This document shows, one piece after another, positions 9,543 to 18,158 of a stretch of DNA of 64,000 bases. Both the position numbers and the translations under genes were made by a program. The notes under the pieces were generated by a model. It worked only from the letters and a program-made list of their open reading frames with translations. It had not been told where the DNA came from and ran no database searches. The first letter of the stretch is position 1. Each line of letters begins with the position of its first letter. Source of the stretch: Cryomorphaceae bacterium (lineage in GTDB: Bacteria > Bacteroidota > Bacteroidia > Flavobacteriales > UBA7312); the NCBI GenBank assembly GCA_042091225.1, contig JBELHW010000003.1, forward strand, positions 12,860 through 76,859. The letters run 5' to 3'.

Positions 9543-11939
9543 ATGAAAGATTACCAAGAAAATAACGATCAAATAGACATTAAAGAAGTACTCGAAAAAT
9601 ATTATAAATATTGGTACTTTTTCATAATTGCAATCTTATTTAGCTTATTTATTGGATTCTTATATCTAAGGTATACACCAAAAAATTATAGTGCTTCAAC
9701 AACAATTTTAGTTAAAGACGAAAACAATACCTCCTTAGGTTCTGACAACATAATAGATGGTATTGATTTATTTGGAAAAAATAGAAATATTAAAAATGAA
9801 ATTGGAATATTAAGATCATTTAGTTTGGTTAAACAAACTTTAAAAGAAGTCAATTTTAATATCTCCTATGTAAATGAAGGGAAGTTAACTAGCATTGACA
9901 TTTACTCTAGGAGTCCATTTAAAGTTATATTGGACTCTTCTCACATTCAATCCTTAGGAGAAAAATTTTATGTCAATTTAATATCTAAAGACGAGTTTGA
10001 GATTTATACTAAGGTTGAATCAGGACAATTTTATGATCTCAATAATGAAAAATACCTAAGGAGTTCCGATATCATATTTAGTTATGAACAAAATCATAAA
10101 TTTGAAGAGTGGATTGAATCGGATTACTTTAAATTTAAATTAGAAAAAAACGATTTTACGCTTTTCGATGAAGAAAATTGGAACAACTACTCTTTTGTTA
10201 TTAACGATTTAAATTCACTAACCGAAAAATTCTTAAAAAGATTAAAAATTAAAGAAATTGAAAAAGAATCCTCTATTTTAAAAATAAGTTTAGAAGGAAA
10301 TAATACTATTAAAATTATTGATTTTCTGGATATATACTCTAAGAATTATTTACAGATTGGACTTAACGAAAAAAATGAAATAGCAACTAATACTATCAAT
10401 TTTATTAACAATCAATTAGTAGAAATTAGAGATTCGCTTACCAACGTAGAATCAGTATTAGAAAAATTCAAATTAGAAAATCCAAAAATTGAATTATCTA
10501 AAAAAGAATACGGTGCGTTTTATCAAATACAAAAATTAGAGGAAGAACAAGCTATTTTGAGCTTAAACAATAAGTATTATATTTCTCTCAAAAATTACCT
10601 TAAAAATAATGATAATATCAATAATATTTTAGCCCCATCTTCCATGGGAATAAATGATCCCTTGCTAAATAATTTAATTATCGAACTTTCTCAATTGTAT
10701 TCAGAGTTAGAAGTTATTTCTTTAAATACTAAATCAATTCACCCTGCGGTTCAATCTCTTCAAAATCAAATTACAATTACTAAAGGAAAGATATTAGAAA
10801 ATATTGAAAATATTATTGTCAGCTCAGAGCTTTCACTAAATGATATCGATAAAAGAATCAAAGAATTTGACACATTAATTAACACACTACCAGAAAGTGA
10901 AAGAAAGTTAGTACGTATTCAAAGAAAATTTAACCTTAACGAAACTACTTATACCTATCTTCTTGAAAAAAGAGCTGAAGCTTCTATAGCAAAATCAGGA
11001 AATGTTGCTGACAACAAAGTAATAGATAAAGCCAGATTAATAAACAAAGATCCTATTAGCCCTAATTCTAAATCTGCCTATTTTGTAAGTATATTCATAG
11101 GGATGCTAATTCCACTGACGTGGATCACTTTAAAAGATTTATTAAACAATAAAATAGTTAGTAAAAAAGACGTAAAAAAACTCTGTAACATACCTATCTT
11201 AGGTAATATAACGCATAACGACAAAAGCACAAACCTTGTAGTTTTTAATCACCCAAAATCAGCGATTAGCGAATCTTTAAGGACAATAAGAACTAATATC
11301 CAATACTTATCATCCGACAAAGAACAAAAAATTATTTGTATAAGCTCATCTATTAGTGGAGAAGGAAAATCATTTTGTTCTATGAATCTTTCTTCAATTT
11401 TAGCCACTACCTATAATAAAACAATTCTTATTAGTGCTGATATGAGAAAACCAAAAATATTTGATGATTTTAAACTCAACAAAGACAAAGGATTAAGTTC
11501 TTTTCTTATTGGTGCTTCTAGCTTAAAAGAAGTAACTCAAAAAACTGAAAATGAAAACTTGGATGTTATTATTTCTGGGCCTATACCACCAAATCCTGCG
11601 GAGTTATTAGAAAAACCTATAATGGATAATCTCTTAATTGATTTAAAAAAGAAATATAAATATATAATTATTGATACACCACCAATCGGACTTGTTACAG
11701 ATGGTCAAATTCTAATGAATAAATCCGATATTAATTTACTGATGGTAAGAGAAAACTATACTACAAAAAGTATGGTAGCAAACATAGAAGAAATAGCTCA
11801 GAAAAATAATATTAAAAACCTTAACCTGATACTTAATGATGTTAATAGCTATAACTCACAGTATGGCTATAAATATGGATACGGTTATTATGAGGAAGAT
11901 TCAAATCAAAACAAAAAGTCCAGATGGTCATTCAAATAA
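9543..11939 (+). CDS. wzc: Polysaccharide co-polymerase / BY tyrosine autokinase (Wzc-like)
   Basis: 798 aa. Two TM segments flank a long coiled-coil periplasmic region. C-terminal P-loop kinase (SSISGEGKSF, IIIDTPP) and Tyr-rich tail YGYKYGYGYY. Confidence 0.85.
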   Translation: MKDYQENNDQIDIKEVLEKYYKYWYFFIIAILFSLFIGFLYLRYTPKNYSASTTILVKDENNTSLGSDNIIDGIDLFGKNRNIKNEIGILRSFSLVKQTLKEVNFNISYVNEGKLTSIDIYSRSPFKVILDSSHIQSLGEKFYVNLISKDEFEIYTKVESGQFYDLNNEKYLRSSDIIFSYEQNHKFEEWIESDYFKFKLEKNDFTLFDEENWNNYSFVINDLNSLTEKFLKRLKIKEIEKESSILKISLEGNNTIKIIDFLDIYSKNYLQIGLNEKNEIATNTINFINNQLVEIRDSLTNVESVLEKFKLENPKIELSKKEYGAFYQIQKLEEEQAILSLNNKYYISLKNYLKNNDNINNILAPSSMGINDPLLNNLIIELSQLYSELEVISLNTKSIHPAVQSLQNQITITKGKILENIENIIVSSELSLNDIDKRIKEFDTLINTLPESERKLVRIQRKFNLNETTYTYLLEKRAEASIAKSGNVADNKVIDKARLINKDPISPNSKSAYFVSIFIGMLIPLTWITLKDLLNNKIVSKKDVKKLCNIPILGNITHNDKSTNLVVFNHPKSAISESLRTIRTNIQYLSSDKEQKIICISSSISGEGKSFCSMNLSSILATTYNKTILISADMRKPKIFDDFKLNKDKGLSSFLIGASSLKEVTQKTENENLDVIISGPIPPNPAELLEKPIMDNLLIDLKKKYKYIIIDTPPIGLVTDGQILMNKSDINLLMVRENYTTKSMVANIEEIAQKNNIKNLNLILNDVNSYNSQYGYKYGYGYYEEDSNQNKKSRWSFK

Positions 11940-11945
11940 TAAAAA

Positions 11946-13145
11946 ATGAAAAAAAAACCAGCAGATAAAATTCAAGATATCCAATATTTCGGTGAGTATG
12001 GAGGTGTTAATCCCTCCATCGCAGATTCTTCAACCTTTACATATTTAGAAGGTAAAACCATGGAGATGGTATTCGATGGTGAAAGAGAAGGTTGTTACCT
12101 TTACTCGAGACACATGAATCCTAGTACCGGGTATTTAGCAGAAGCTGTTTCTAACATGGAGTTTACCGAAGCAGGACAAGTTTGCGCATCAGGTATGGGC
12201 GCTATAAGTTCTACTATTTTACAAATTTGTAATCAAGGAGATCATATTGTTTCTAGTAGAACTATTTATGGTGGAACATATGCTTTCATGAAAAATTTCT
12301 TACCAAAGTTTAATATTAATACATCATTTGTTGATATTACAAATCTTGAAGATGTTGAAAATGCTATTAATCAAAATAGTAAAATACTTTATTGCGAAAC
12401 CATGAGCAATCCGTTATTGGAAGTAGCAGATATTCGTGCTTTATCTGATTTAGCAAAAAAACATGGTCTGCAATTAGTAGTAGATAACACATTTACTCCT
12501 CTAATTTTCTCTCCCTCAGAGCTTGGTGCTGATATTGTTATTCATTCTCTAACCAAATTCATAAACGGTGCTAGTGATGCCGTAGGAGGAATTGTTTGTT
12601 CTTCAAAAGATTTTGTAATGAGTCTTATCGATGTCAATGATGGAGCTGCTATGCTTTTAGGACCAACAATGGACGCTATTAAAGCTAATGGAATTCTTAA
12701 AAACCTAAGAACTCTACATGTACGAATGAAGCAGCATAGTTATAATGCAATGTATTTAGCTAATAAATTTCAAGAACTAGGAATAAAAGTATATTATCCC
12801 GGTCTAAATTCTCACCCCCAACATGATGTAATGAAAAGTCAAATGAATGAAGAATTTGGCTTTGGTGGAATGGTAATGATAGATGCTAAATCTATTAAAA
12901 AAGCATATGAATTAATGGAGGAAATGCAAAATAATAACATTGGTTATCTTGCTGTTAGTCTTGGTTTTTACAAAACACTTTTCTCAGCTCCTGGAGCTAG
13001 TACATCTTCAGAAATTCCAGAGCATGAACAAAAAGAAATGGGTATCTCGGAAGGAATGGTTCGTCTATCAATCGGATTAGATAACGACATAGAAAGAACA
13101 TTTCAAAAAATTAAAGATTGTCTTAAAAAAGTAAAGTTGATCTAA
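11946..13145 (+). CDS. Cys/Met-metabolism PLP-dependent enzyme (methionine gamma-lyase-like)
   Basis: 399 aa. N-terminal GEYGGVNPSIADSSTFTY. PLP-lysine context HSLTKFINGASD. Fold-type I gamma-family layout. Confidence 0.7.
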   Translation: MKKKPADKIQDIQYFGEYGGVNPSIADSSTFTYLEGKTMEMVFDGEREGCYLYSRHMNPSTGYLAEAVSNMEFTEAGQVCASGMGAISSTILQICNQGDHIVSSRTIYGGTYAFMKNFLPKFNINTSFVDITNLEDVENAINQNSKILYCETMSNPLLEVADIRALSDLAKKHGLQLVVDNTFTPLIFSPSELGADIVIHSLTKFINGASDAVGGIVCSSKDFVMSLIDVNDGAAMLLGPTMDAIKANGILKNLRTLHVRMKQHSYNAMYLANKFQELGIKVYYPGLNSHPQHDVMKSQMNEEFGFGGMVMIDAKSIKKAYELMEEMQNNNIGYLAVSLGFYKTLFSAPGASTSSEIPEHEQKEMGISEGMVRLSIGLDNDIERTFQKIKDCLKKVKLI

Positions 13146-14627
13146 ATGAATAAAAAATCGATCTCTTTATTTGATGCGTTGGTTCCAATTGTAGTACTAA
13201 TAGGACTTCTAGGGCTAAACGTATTTCTATATGGAGATGATTCACTTGGAGGGGCTAACCAACTTGCGTTGTTGTTAGGAACAGGAGTAGCTACAATTAT
13301 TGGGATTAAAAATAATTCAAACTGGGAACACATTATTAAGGGAATTAGTAAAAGCATTAGCTCTACAGCTCCAGCTATTATTATTTTACTTCTAATCGGT
13401 TCACTTGCTGGCACTTGGCTCATTAGCGGAATAGTTCCATCTATGATTTATTATGGGCTACAAATCTTAAATCCTAAAATATTTTTATTTGCCTCATGTA
13501 TTATTTGTGCAATTGTTTCTTTAGCATCAGGAAGCTCATGGTCTACAATTGCAACGGTAGGTATTGCACTTTTAGGTATTGGTGAGGCCTTAGAAATAAG
13601 TACAGGTTTAGTAGCAGGATCAATTATCTCAGGAGCTTATTTTGGTGACAAACTATCTCCACTATCAGACACTACAAACTTAGCACCAGCAATGGCTGGA
13701 ACAGATTTATTTACTCATATAAGGTATATGCTATACACCACTGTTCCTTCTTATATCATTACCTTATTACTTTTTTTATTCATTGGATTTTCAACAAATT
13801 CTGATGTAAGTAACAATGATGTTCAAAATATTCTTAATAGCCTTAATCAAAGCTTTTATATAAGTCCATGGTTATTTTCAGTGCCAATTTTATTATTTGT
13901 ACTTATAATAAAAAAAGTTCCTTCAATACCAGCATTATTAATTAGCTCTTTATTAGGAGGAGTTTTTGCTGCAATTTTTCAGCCCGATATAATTAAGCAA
14001 ATTGCTAATTTAAATAGTAGTTATATTAAATCCCACCCTATAGAAATTTTCACAGGATTAGAGTTTCAATACATAAAAGCTAGTTATATTGGAATAATTA
14101 ATGCAATGGGAAGCGATACTTCTATTATTACAGATAATAAAATAATGAACGACCTTCTCTCATCTGGAGGAATGTATGGAATGCTTAATACTATTTGGCT
14201 TATAATTTGTGCTATGTGTTTTGGTGGAACAATGGAGGCGATAGGAGCATTAAAGAAAATAAGTCAATCAATTATAAAGTATGCTAACAGTACAGGGTCC
14301 CTTATTGCTACCACAGCTTGCACCTGCCTATTTTTCAACACTACTGCTAGCGATCAATATCTGAGTATTGTCGTTCCAGGAAAAATGTATTCCGATGCTT
14401 TCAAAAAGAAGAAATTAGCTCCAGAAAATCTTAGTCGTACTCTAGAAGATAGCGGTACTGTTACTTCTGTCTTAATCCCTTGGAACACTTGTGGAGCAAC
14501 TCAGTCTGGAGTATTAGGAGTAGCAACAATTATATATTTACCTTTTTGTTTCTTTAATATTATTAGCCCTATTATGACAATAATCTATGGCTATTTTAAT
14601 ATAAAAATTAGGAGACTAAAAGACTAG
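13146..14627 (+). CDS. nhaC: NhaC-family antiporter/transporter
   Basis: 493-aa polytopic protein with NhaC-like sequence throughout. The ATG directly abuts the stop of the upstream PLP enzyme (TAAATG). Confidence 0.8.
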   Translation: MNKKSISLFDALVPIVVLIGLLGLNVFLYGDDSLGGANQLALLLGTGVATIIGIKNNSNWEHIIKGISKSISSTAPAIIILLLIGSLAGTWLISGIVPSMIYYGLQILNPKIFLFASCIICAIVSLASGSSWSTIATVGIALLGIGEALEISTGLVAGSIISGAYFGDKLSPLSDTTNLAPAMAGTDLFTHIRYMLYTTVPSYIITLLLFLFIGFSTNSDVSNNDVQNILNSLNQSFYISPWLFSVPILLFVLIIKKVPSIPALLISSLLGGVFAAIFQPDIIKQIANLNSSYIKSHPIEIFTGLEFQYIKASYIGIINAMGSDTSIITDNKIMNDLLSSGGMYGMLNTIWLIICAMCFGGTMEAIGALKKISQSIIKYANSTGSLIATTACTCLFFNTTASDQYLSIVVPGKMYSDAFKKKKLAPENLSRTLEDSGTVTSVLIPWNTCGATQSGVLGVATIIYLPFCFFNIISPIMTIIYGYFNIKIRRLKD

Positions 14628-15571
14628 ATAGACTCTTCTACATGGTATTTGTTTCTATCTTCAGCATTTCTAGAAATCATTTCTCCAATAAAACCAGCTA
14701 AAAATAATTGCAGTCCCATTAACATAGATGTCAATGCAATATAAAAGCTACTCATATCAGCTATATTCCTAGCAGTAACCTCGTTATACATATAATATAA
14801 CTTAGACCCTCCCACATAAAAGAATAAAATTAAACCAAGAAAAAACATTAAGGTACCCAACACTCCAAAAAAATGCATTGGTTTTTTACCAAATTTAGAA
14901 ACAAATGTGATGGTTAATAAATCGAGAAAACCATTTATAAATCTTTCTAATCCGAATTTTGTCACCCCATATTTTCTAGATTGATGCTGTACTACTTTCT
15001 CCCCTATTTTGCTAAACCCTGCTCGTTTAGCCAACATAGGAATATATCTATGCATTTCTCCATAGACTTCAATATTTTTCACAACCTCTTTTCTATAAGA
15101 TTTAAGACCACAGTTAAAGTCGTGTAAATATATTCCGGACGCTTTTCTTGCTGCCCAATTATATAGCTTTGTAGGAATCGTTTTCGTTATAGGATCGAAT
15201 CGTTTTTGTTTCCATCCAGAAACCAAATCAAAACCATCGTTAACTATCATGGAGTACAATTCAGGAATTTCTTCTGGACTATCTTGCAAATCAGCATCCA
15301 TTGTGATAACCACCTCTCCATTAGCATTTTCAAAACCAACGTTTAAAGCAGCTGATTTACCATAATTTCTTCTAAATTTTATTCCTCTTACTTGTTCTAT
15401 TTTAGATGATAATTCAACAATAACTTTCCAAGTAAAATCAGTACTTCCGTCATCAACTAAAATAACTTCGTATGAAAAATTATTAGAGCTCATTACTTTA
15501 TCTATCCAACTACAAAGTTCAGGTAAAGATTCATGTTCATTGAAAGAAGGGACTATTATTGAAATATCCAT
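14624..15571 (-). CDS. Family 2 glycosyltransferase (polyprenyl-phosphate sugar synthase-like, with C-terminal TM helices)
   Basis: 315 aa. ISIIVPSFNE, VDDGSTD and DADLQD motifs, then two C-terminal TM helices as in GtrB/ArnC/DPM-type enzymes. Confidence 0.85.
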   Translation of the reverse strand: MDISIIVPSFNEHESLPELCSWIDKVMSSNNFSYEVILVDDGSTDFTWKVIVELSSKIEQVRGIKFRRNYGKSAALNVGFENANGEVVITMDADLQDSPEEIPELYSMIVNDGFDLVSGWKQKRFDPITKTIPTKLYNWAARKASGIYLHDFNCGLKSYRKEVVKNIEVYGEMHRYIPMLAKRAGFSKIGEKVVQHQSRKYGVTKFGLERFINGFLDLLTITFVSKFGKKPMHFFGVLGTLMFFLGLILFFYVGGSKLYYMYNEVTARNIADMSSFYIALTSMLMGLQLFLAGFIGEMISRNAEDRNKYHVEESI

Positions 15572-15574
15572 AAG

Positions 15575-16093
15575 CTATTCTGTTTCGATTGGTGCTTCTT
15601 TTTTAACAAACAAAGCAATTATTAAAGATAGAAAAACAAAGAAAAATAAAGACGAAGTGTATCCTTTGCTAAGACTACTAACAGAAAAACTATTTTGACT
15701 CTCTAAATCGACTATTAATTCATCAATGACATCATCAGGAAAAAAATCAGACATTACGACAATAAGTTTTTGAATTGTCGCCTCTTGTAATATTATTCCA
15801 TAAGAAGGATCTACATAATTAAATAATAAAATTTTAAAAAAAGTATGAATAAAAGTAGAAGCTGCTAATAAGCCAAAACAAACAATAAAACTATTTTTAA
15901 AGTTTAAGTAACCTAAATTAATTTTCTTAAACTGATTTATTAGGACAATTAAGAAAACTAGCGGAGTTATTAATTCTATCAAATTCCATATTAACGATAG
16001 TTTAAAGTCAACTCCCATTATATATGACATTAAGCTGATAAATATCATAAAAGCTCCAAGAATGAGCCCATTTTTAAAAATGTAATCTTTCAT
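15575..16093 (-). CDS. Small polytopic membrane protein (DUF4199-like)
   Basis: 172 aa with four predicted hydrophobic helices. 3 nt upstream of the GT2 gene. Confidence 0.45.
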   Translation of the reverse strand: MKDYIFKNGLILGAFMIFISLMSYIMGVDFKLSLIWNLIELITPLVFLIVLINQFKKINLGYLNFKNSFIVCFGLLAASTFIHTFFKILLFNYVDPSYGIILQEATIQKLIVVMSDFFPDDVIDELIVDLESQNSFSVSSLSKGYTSSLFFFVFLSLIIALFVKKEAPIETE

Positions 16094-16146
16094 TTACATA
16101 AGGATTTAACGCAAATATAATCCAAAATATAAATAAACTAAAACAA

Positions 16147-16176
16147 TTGTAAAAGAGTTGAAATGATTTATATTTG
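16147..16176 (+). promoter_or_regulatory. Bacteroidota sigma-A type promoter for the SRP RNA (-33 TTG, 19-nt spacer, -7 TATATTTG)
   Basis: TTG at 16147-16149 and TATATTTG at 16169-16176, matching the TTG-N19-TAnnTTTG consensus. The RNA 5' stem starts at 16181. Confidence 0.55.
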
Positions 16177-16180
16177 CATC

Positions 16181-16276
16181 GGGCAAGTCTTACACGATCA
16201 GCTCCTGCTGAACTCCCCCAGGACCGGAAGGTAGCAAGGGTAAGTGGTTGAGCGATGCGATGTAAGTAGCTTGCCC
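16181..16276 (+). ncRNA. ffs: Signal recognition particle RNA (small bacterial 4.5S type)
   Basis: The 5' GGGCAAG-t-CTTACA pairs with the 3' TGTAAG-tag-CTTGCCC. The apical region CCCCAGGACCGGAAGGTAGCAAGGGTAAG matches the conserved helix-8 motif CAGGxCCGGAAGGxAGCA...AAGG. A T-run follows (ATTTTTTAT). Confidence 0.85.
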
Positions 16277-16311
16277 ATTTTTTATTATCTTTAAGGTGTA
16301 AACTGCAAACT

Positions 16312-16965
16312 ATGGACTTCTTTCTAGACACCGCAAACATTGATCAAATTAAACAAGCCCAAGATTTAGGAATTTTAAAATGGCGTACTACTAATCCCTC
16401 CTTAATGCTAAAGGATGGAGTAAAAAAAGAGCATCTAAATAAACACTATTTAGAAATATGTAAAATTGTGGATGGACCTGTTAGTGCAGAAGTCATTTCT
16501 ACTGATTACAAAGAGATTGTGAAAGAAGGAGATAAACTTTCTAAAATACATCCACAAATAGTATTAAAAATACCTATGATTAAAGATGGGATAAAAGCAA
16601 TTAAATATTTTCATCAAAAAGGAATAAAAACAAATTGCACACTAGTTTTTACCCTAGGTCAAGCAATTTTAGCTGCAAAAGCTGGAGCTTCATATATTTC
16701 TCCATTTATAGGCAGACTAGAAGATAACAATCAAGATGGCATTAAATTAGTAAAAACAATTTCCGATTTTTATAGTTTTCATCGTTATGAAACAAAAATT
16801 TTAGCTGCTTCAATAAGAAACACAAATCACATTACCGACTGTGCTATTGCTGGAGCAAATGCTATAACCGTTCCTCTCCCGCTTTTACTACAACTTTTTA
16901 ACCATCCTTTAACGGATAAAGGTCTACAAAAGTTTTTGGATGATCATAAAAAAAATAACCACTAA
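16312..16965 (+). CDS. tal: Fructose-6-phosphate aldolase / short (type 3B) transaldolase
   Basis: 217 aa. FLDTANIDQIK, TTNPSL, Schiff-base lysine context VLKIPM, NCTLVFT and YISPFIGRLED. It has an aberrant KWR where the family has xGV (see findings). Confidence 0.85.
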   Translation: MDFFLDTANIDQIKQAQDLGILKWRTTNPSLMLKDGVKKEHLNKHYLEICKIVDGPVSAEVISTDYKEIVKEGDKLSKIHPQIVLKIPMIKDGIKAIKYFHQKGIKTNCTLVFTLGQAILAAKAGASYISPFIGRLEDNNQDGIKLVKTISDFYSFHRYETKILAASIRNTNHITDCAIAGANAITVPLPLLLQLFNHPLTDKGLQKFLDDHKKNNH

Positions 16966-17585
16966 TGTTTATTGAAATTCATCCAGAAAACCCTAATCCT
17001 AGAGGTATTTCAAAAGTTGTAGAATGCTTAAAAGACGGTGGTGTCGTAATTTATCCTACAGATACAATATACGGAATTGGATGCGATATTTTTCAACCCA
17101 AAGCTGTGGATAGAATTGCAAAAATTAAAGGTATCGATTTAAAAAAACAAAACTTTTCTTTCATATGTTCTGATTTGTCTCACTTATCAGATTATACTTT
17201 GCCAATAGATAGGACTCTATATAAAATTATGAGAAAAGTATTGCCGGGACCTTACACATTTATTTTAAATGCTAATTCTAATATCCCTAAGTTATTCAAA
17301 ATAAAAAAGAAAACCGTTGGTATAAGAGTGCCAAATCATAAAATACCTATTTGCCTAGTGGAAGAAATTGGAAATCCATTATTAACAACCTCCTTAATTG
17401 AAAATACAGAGAATATAGAAAGTAATATCGAACCGACTCTTATTTATGAAAACTACAAAAATAAAGTTGACATTATTATTGATGGTGGTTTAGGCAAGTT
17501 AACTCCTTCAACCGTTCTTAACTGTACTAAATCAGAAATAGAAATTATAAGAGAAGGATTAGGCCCAATAGGTCTACTTTACTAA
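16965..17585 (+). CDS. YrdC/Sua5-domain protein (L-threonylcarbamoyladenylate synthase family), paralog 1
   Basis: 206 aa. VIYPTDTIYGIGCD and VGIRVPNH motifs. Confidence 0.75.
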   Translation: MFIEIHPENPNPRGISKVVECLKDGGVVIYPTDTIYGIGCDIFQPKAVDRIAKIKGIDLKKQNFSFICSDLSHLSDYTLPIDRTLYKIMRKVLPGPYTFILNANSNIPKLFKIKKKTVGIRVPNHKIPICLVEEIGNPLLTTSLIENTENIESNIEPTLIYENYKNKVDIIIDGGLGKLTPSTVLNCTKSEIEIIREGLGPIGLLY

Positions 17586-18158
17586 GATAGTATGGATTTT
17601 CAAAATCTGAGTACTAAGAAGAATAGTCTCTTCATTGTCAATGACAAAATCACACCTAGAAATTAAATCGGACTGACTTAATTGTTTGTCCATTCTTAAT
17701 CTTATTTCAGATTCGGACATATTATCCCTTTCCACAACTCTTTTAAGTCGTAAGTTATCGCTAGCAACAACACAAATAACTTTGTCAAGTGATTTATAAG
17801 AATTGCTCTTGAAAAGTACAGCAGCCTCTTTAATAACATAATCAGCTTTAGAATGGCTAATACACCATTTATCAAAATCAGAAGCAACTAACGGATGCAC
17901 CAACCCATTAAGATAATTTAGCTTTTGTAAATCGTTAAAAACAATGTTAGAAATAAAAACGGTGTTTAATTGGTTGTTAGCACTATAAGCCTCAGAACCA
18001 AAATAAGATGAAATAGCACTTTTTAAGCTAAAATCGTTTGACATTAACCACTTTGCTCGTTGATCAGAATTATAAACAGGAACATCAAGTATTTTAAAAA
18101 AACTTGAAACAGTGGTTTTACCACTTCCAATATTTCCTGTCAAACCTATTTTCTTCAT
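17574..18158 (-). CDS. coaE: Dephospho-CoA kinase
   Basis: 194 aa. P-loop IGLTGNIGSGKTT at the N-terminus. Typical CoaE length. Confidence 0.85.
   Translation of the reverse strand: MKKIGLTGNIGSGKTTVSSFFKILDVPVYNSDQRAKWLMSNDFSLKSAISSYFGSEAYSANNQLNTVFISNIVFNDLQKLNYLNGLVHPLVASDFDKWCISHSKADYVIKEAAVLFKSNSYKSLDKVICVVASDNLRLKRVVERDNMSESEIRLRMDKQLSQSDLISRCDFVIDNEETILLSTQILKIHTILVK

Noticed and set aside
9543-11939. wzc looks more AT-rich than neighbouring genes in my spot counts of single 60-nt lines, which could indicate horizontal acquisition
   Set aside because: The spot counts vary widely across the window, and membrane or coiled-coil genes elsewhere are similarly AT-rich. No flanking repeats, tRNA or integrase. 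A sliding-window GC and codon-usage calculation would be needed, and none was run.
16074-16340. 88-aa minus-strand ORF of the supplied track covering the gap between the DUF4199-like gene and tal
   Set aside because: It lies antisense to and directly over the SRP RNA gene and its promoter. Its sequence is Arg/Ser/Ala-rich, as expected from translating structured GC-rich RNA. It also overlaps both neighbouring genes.
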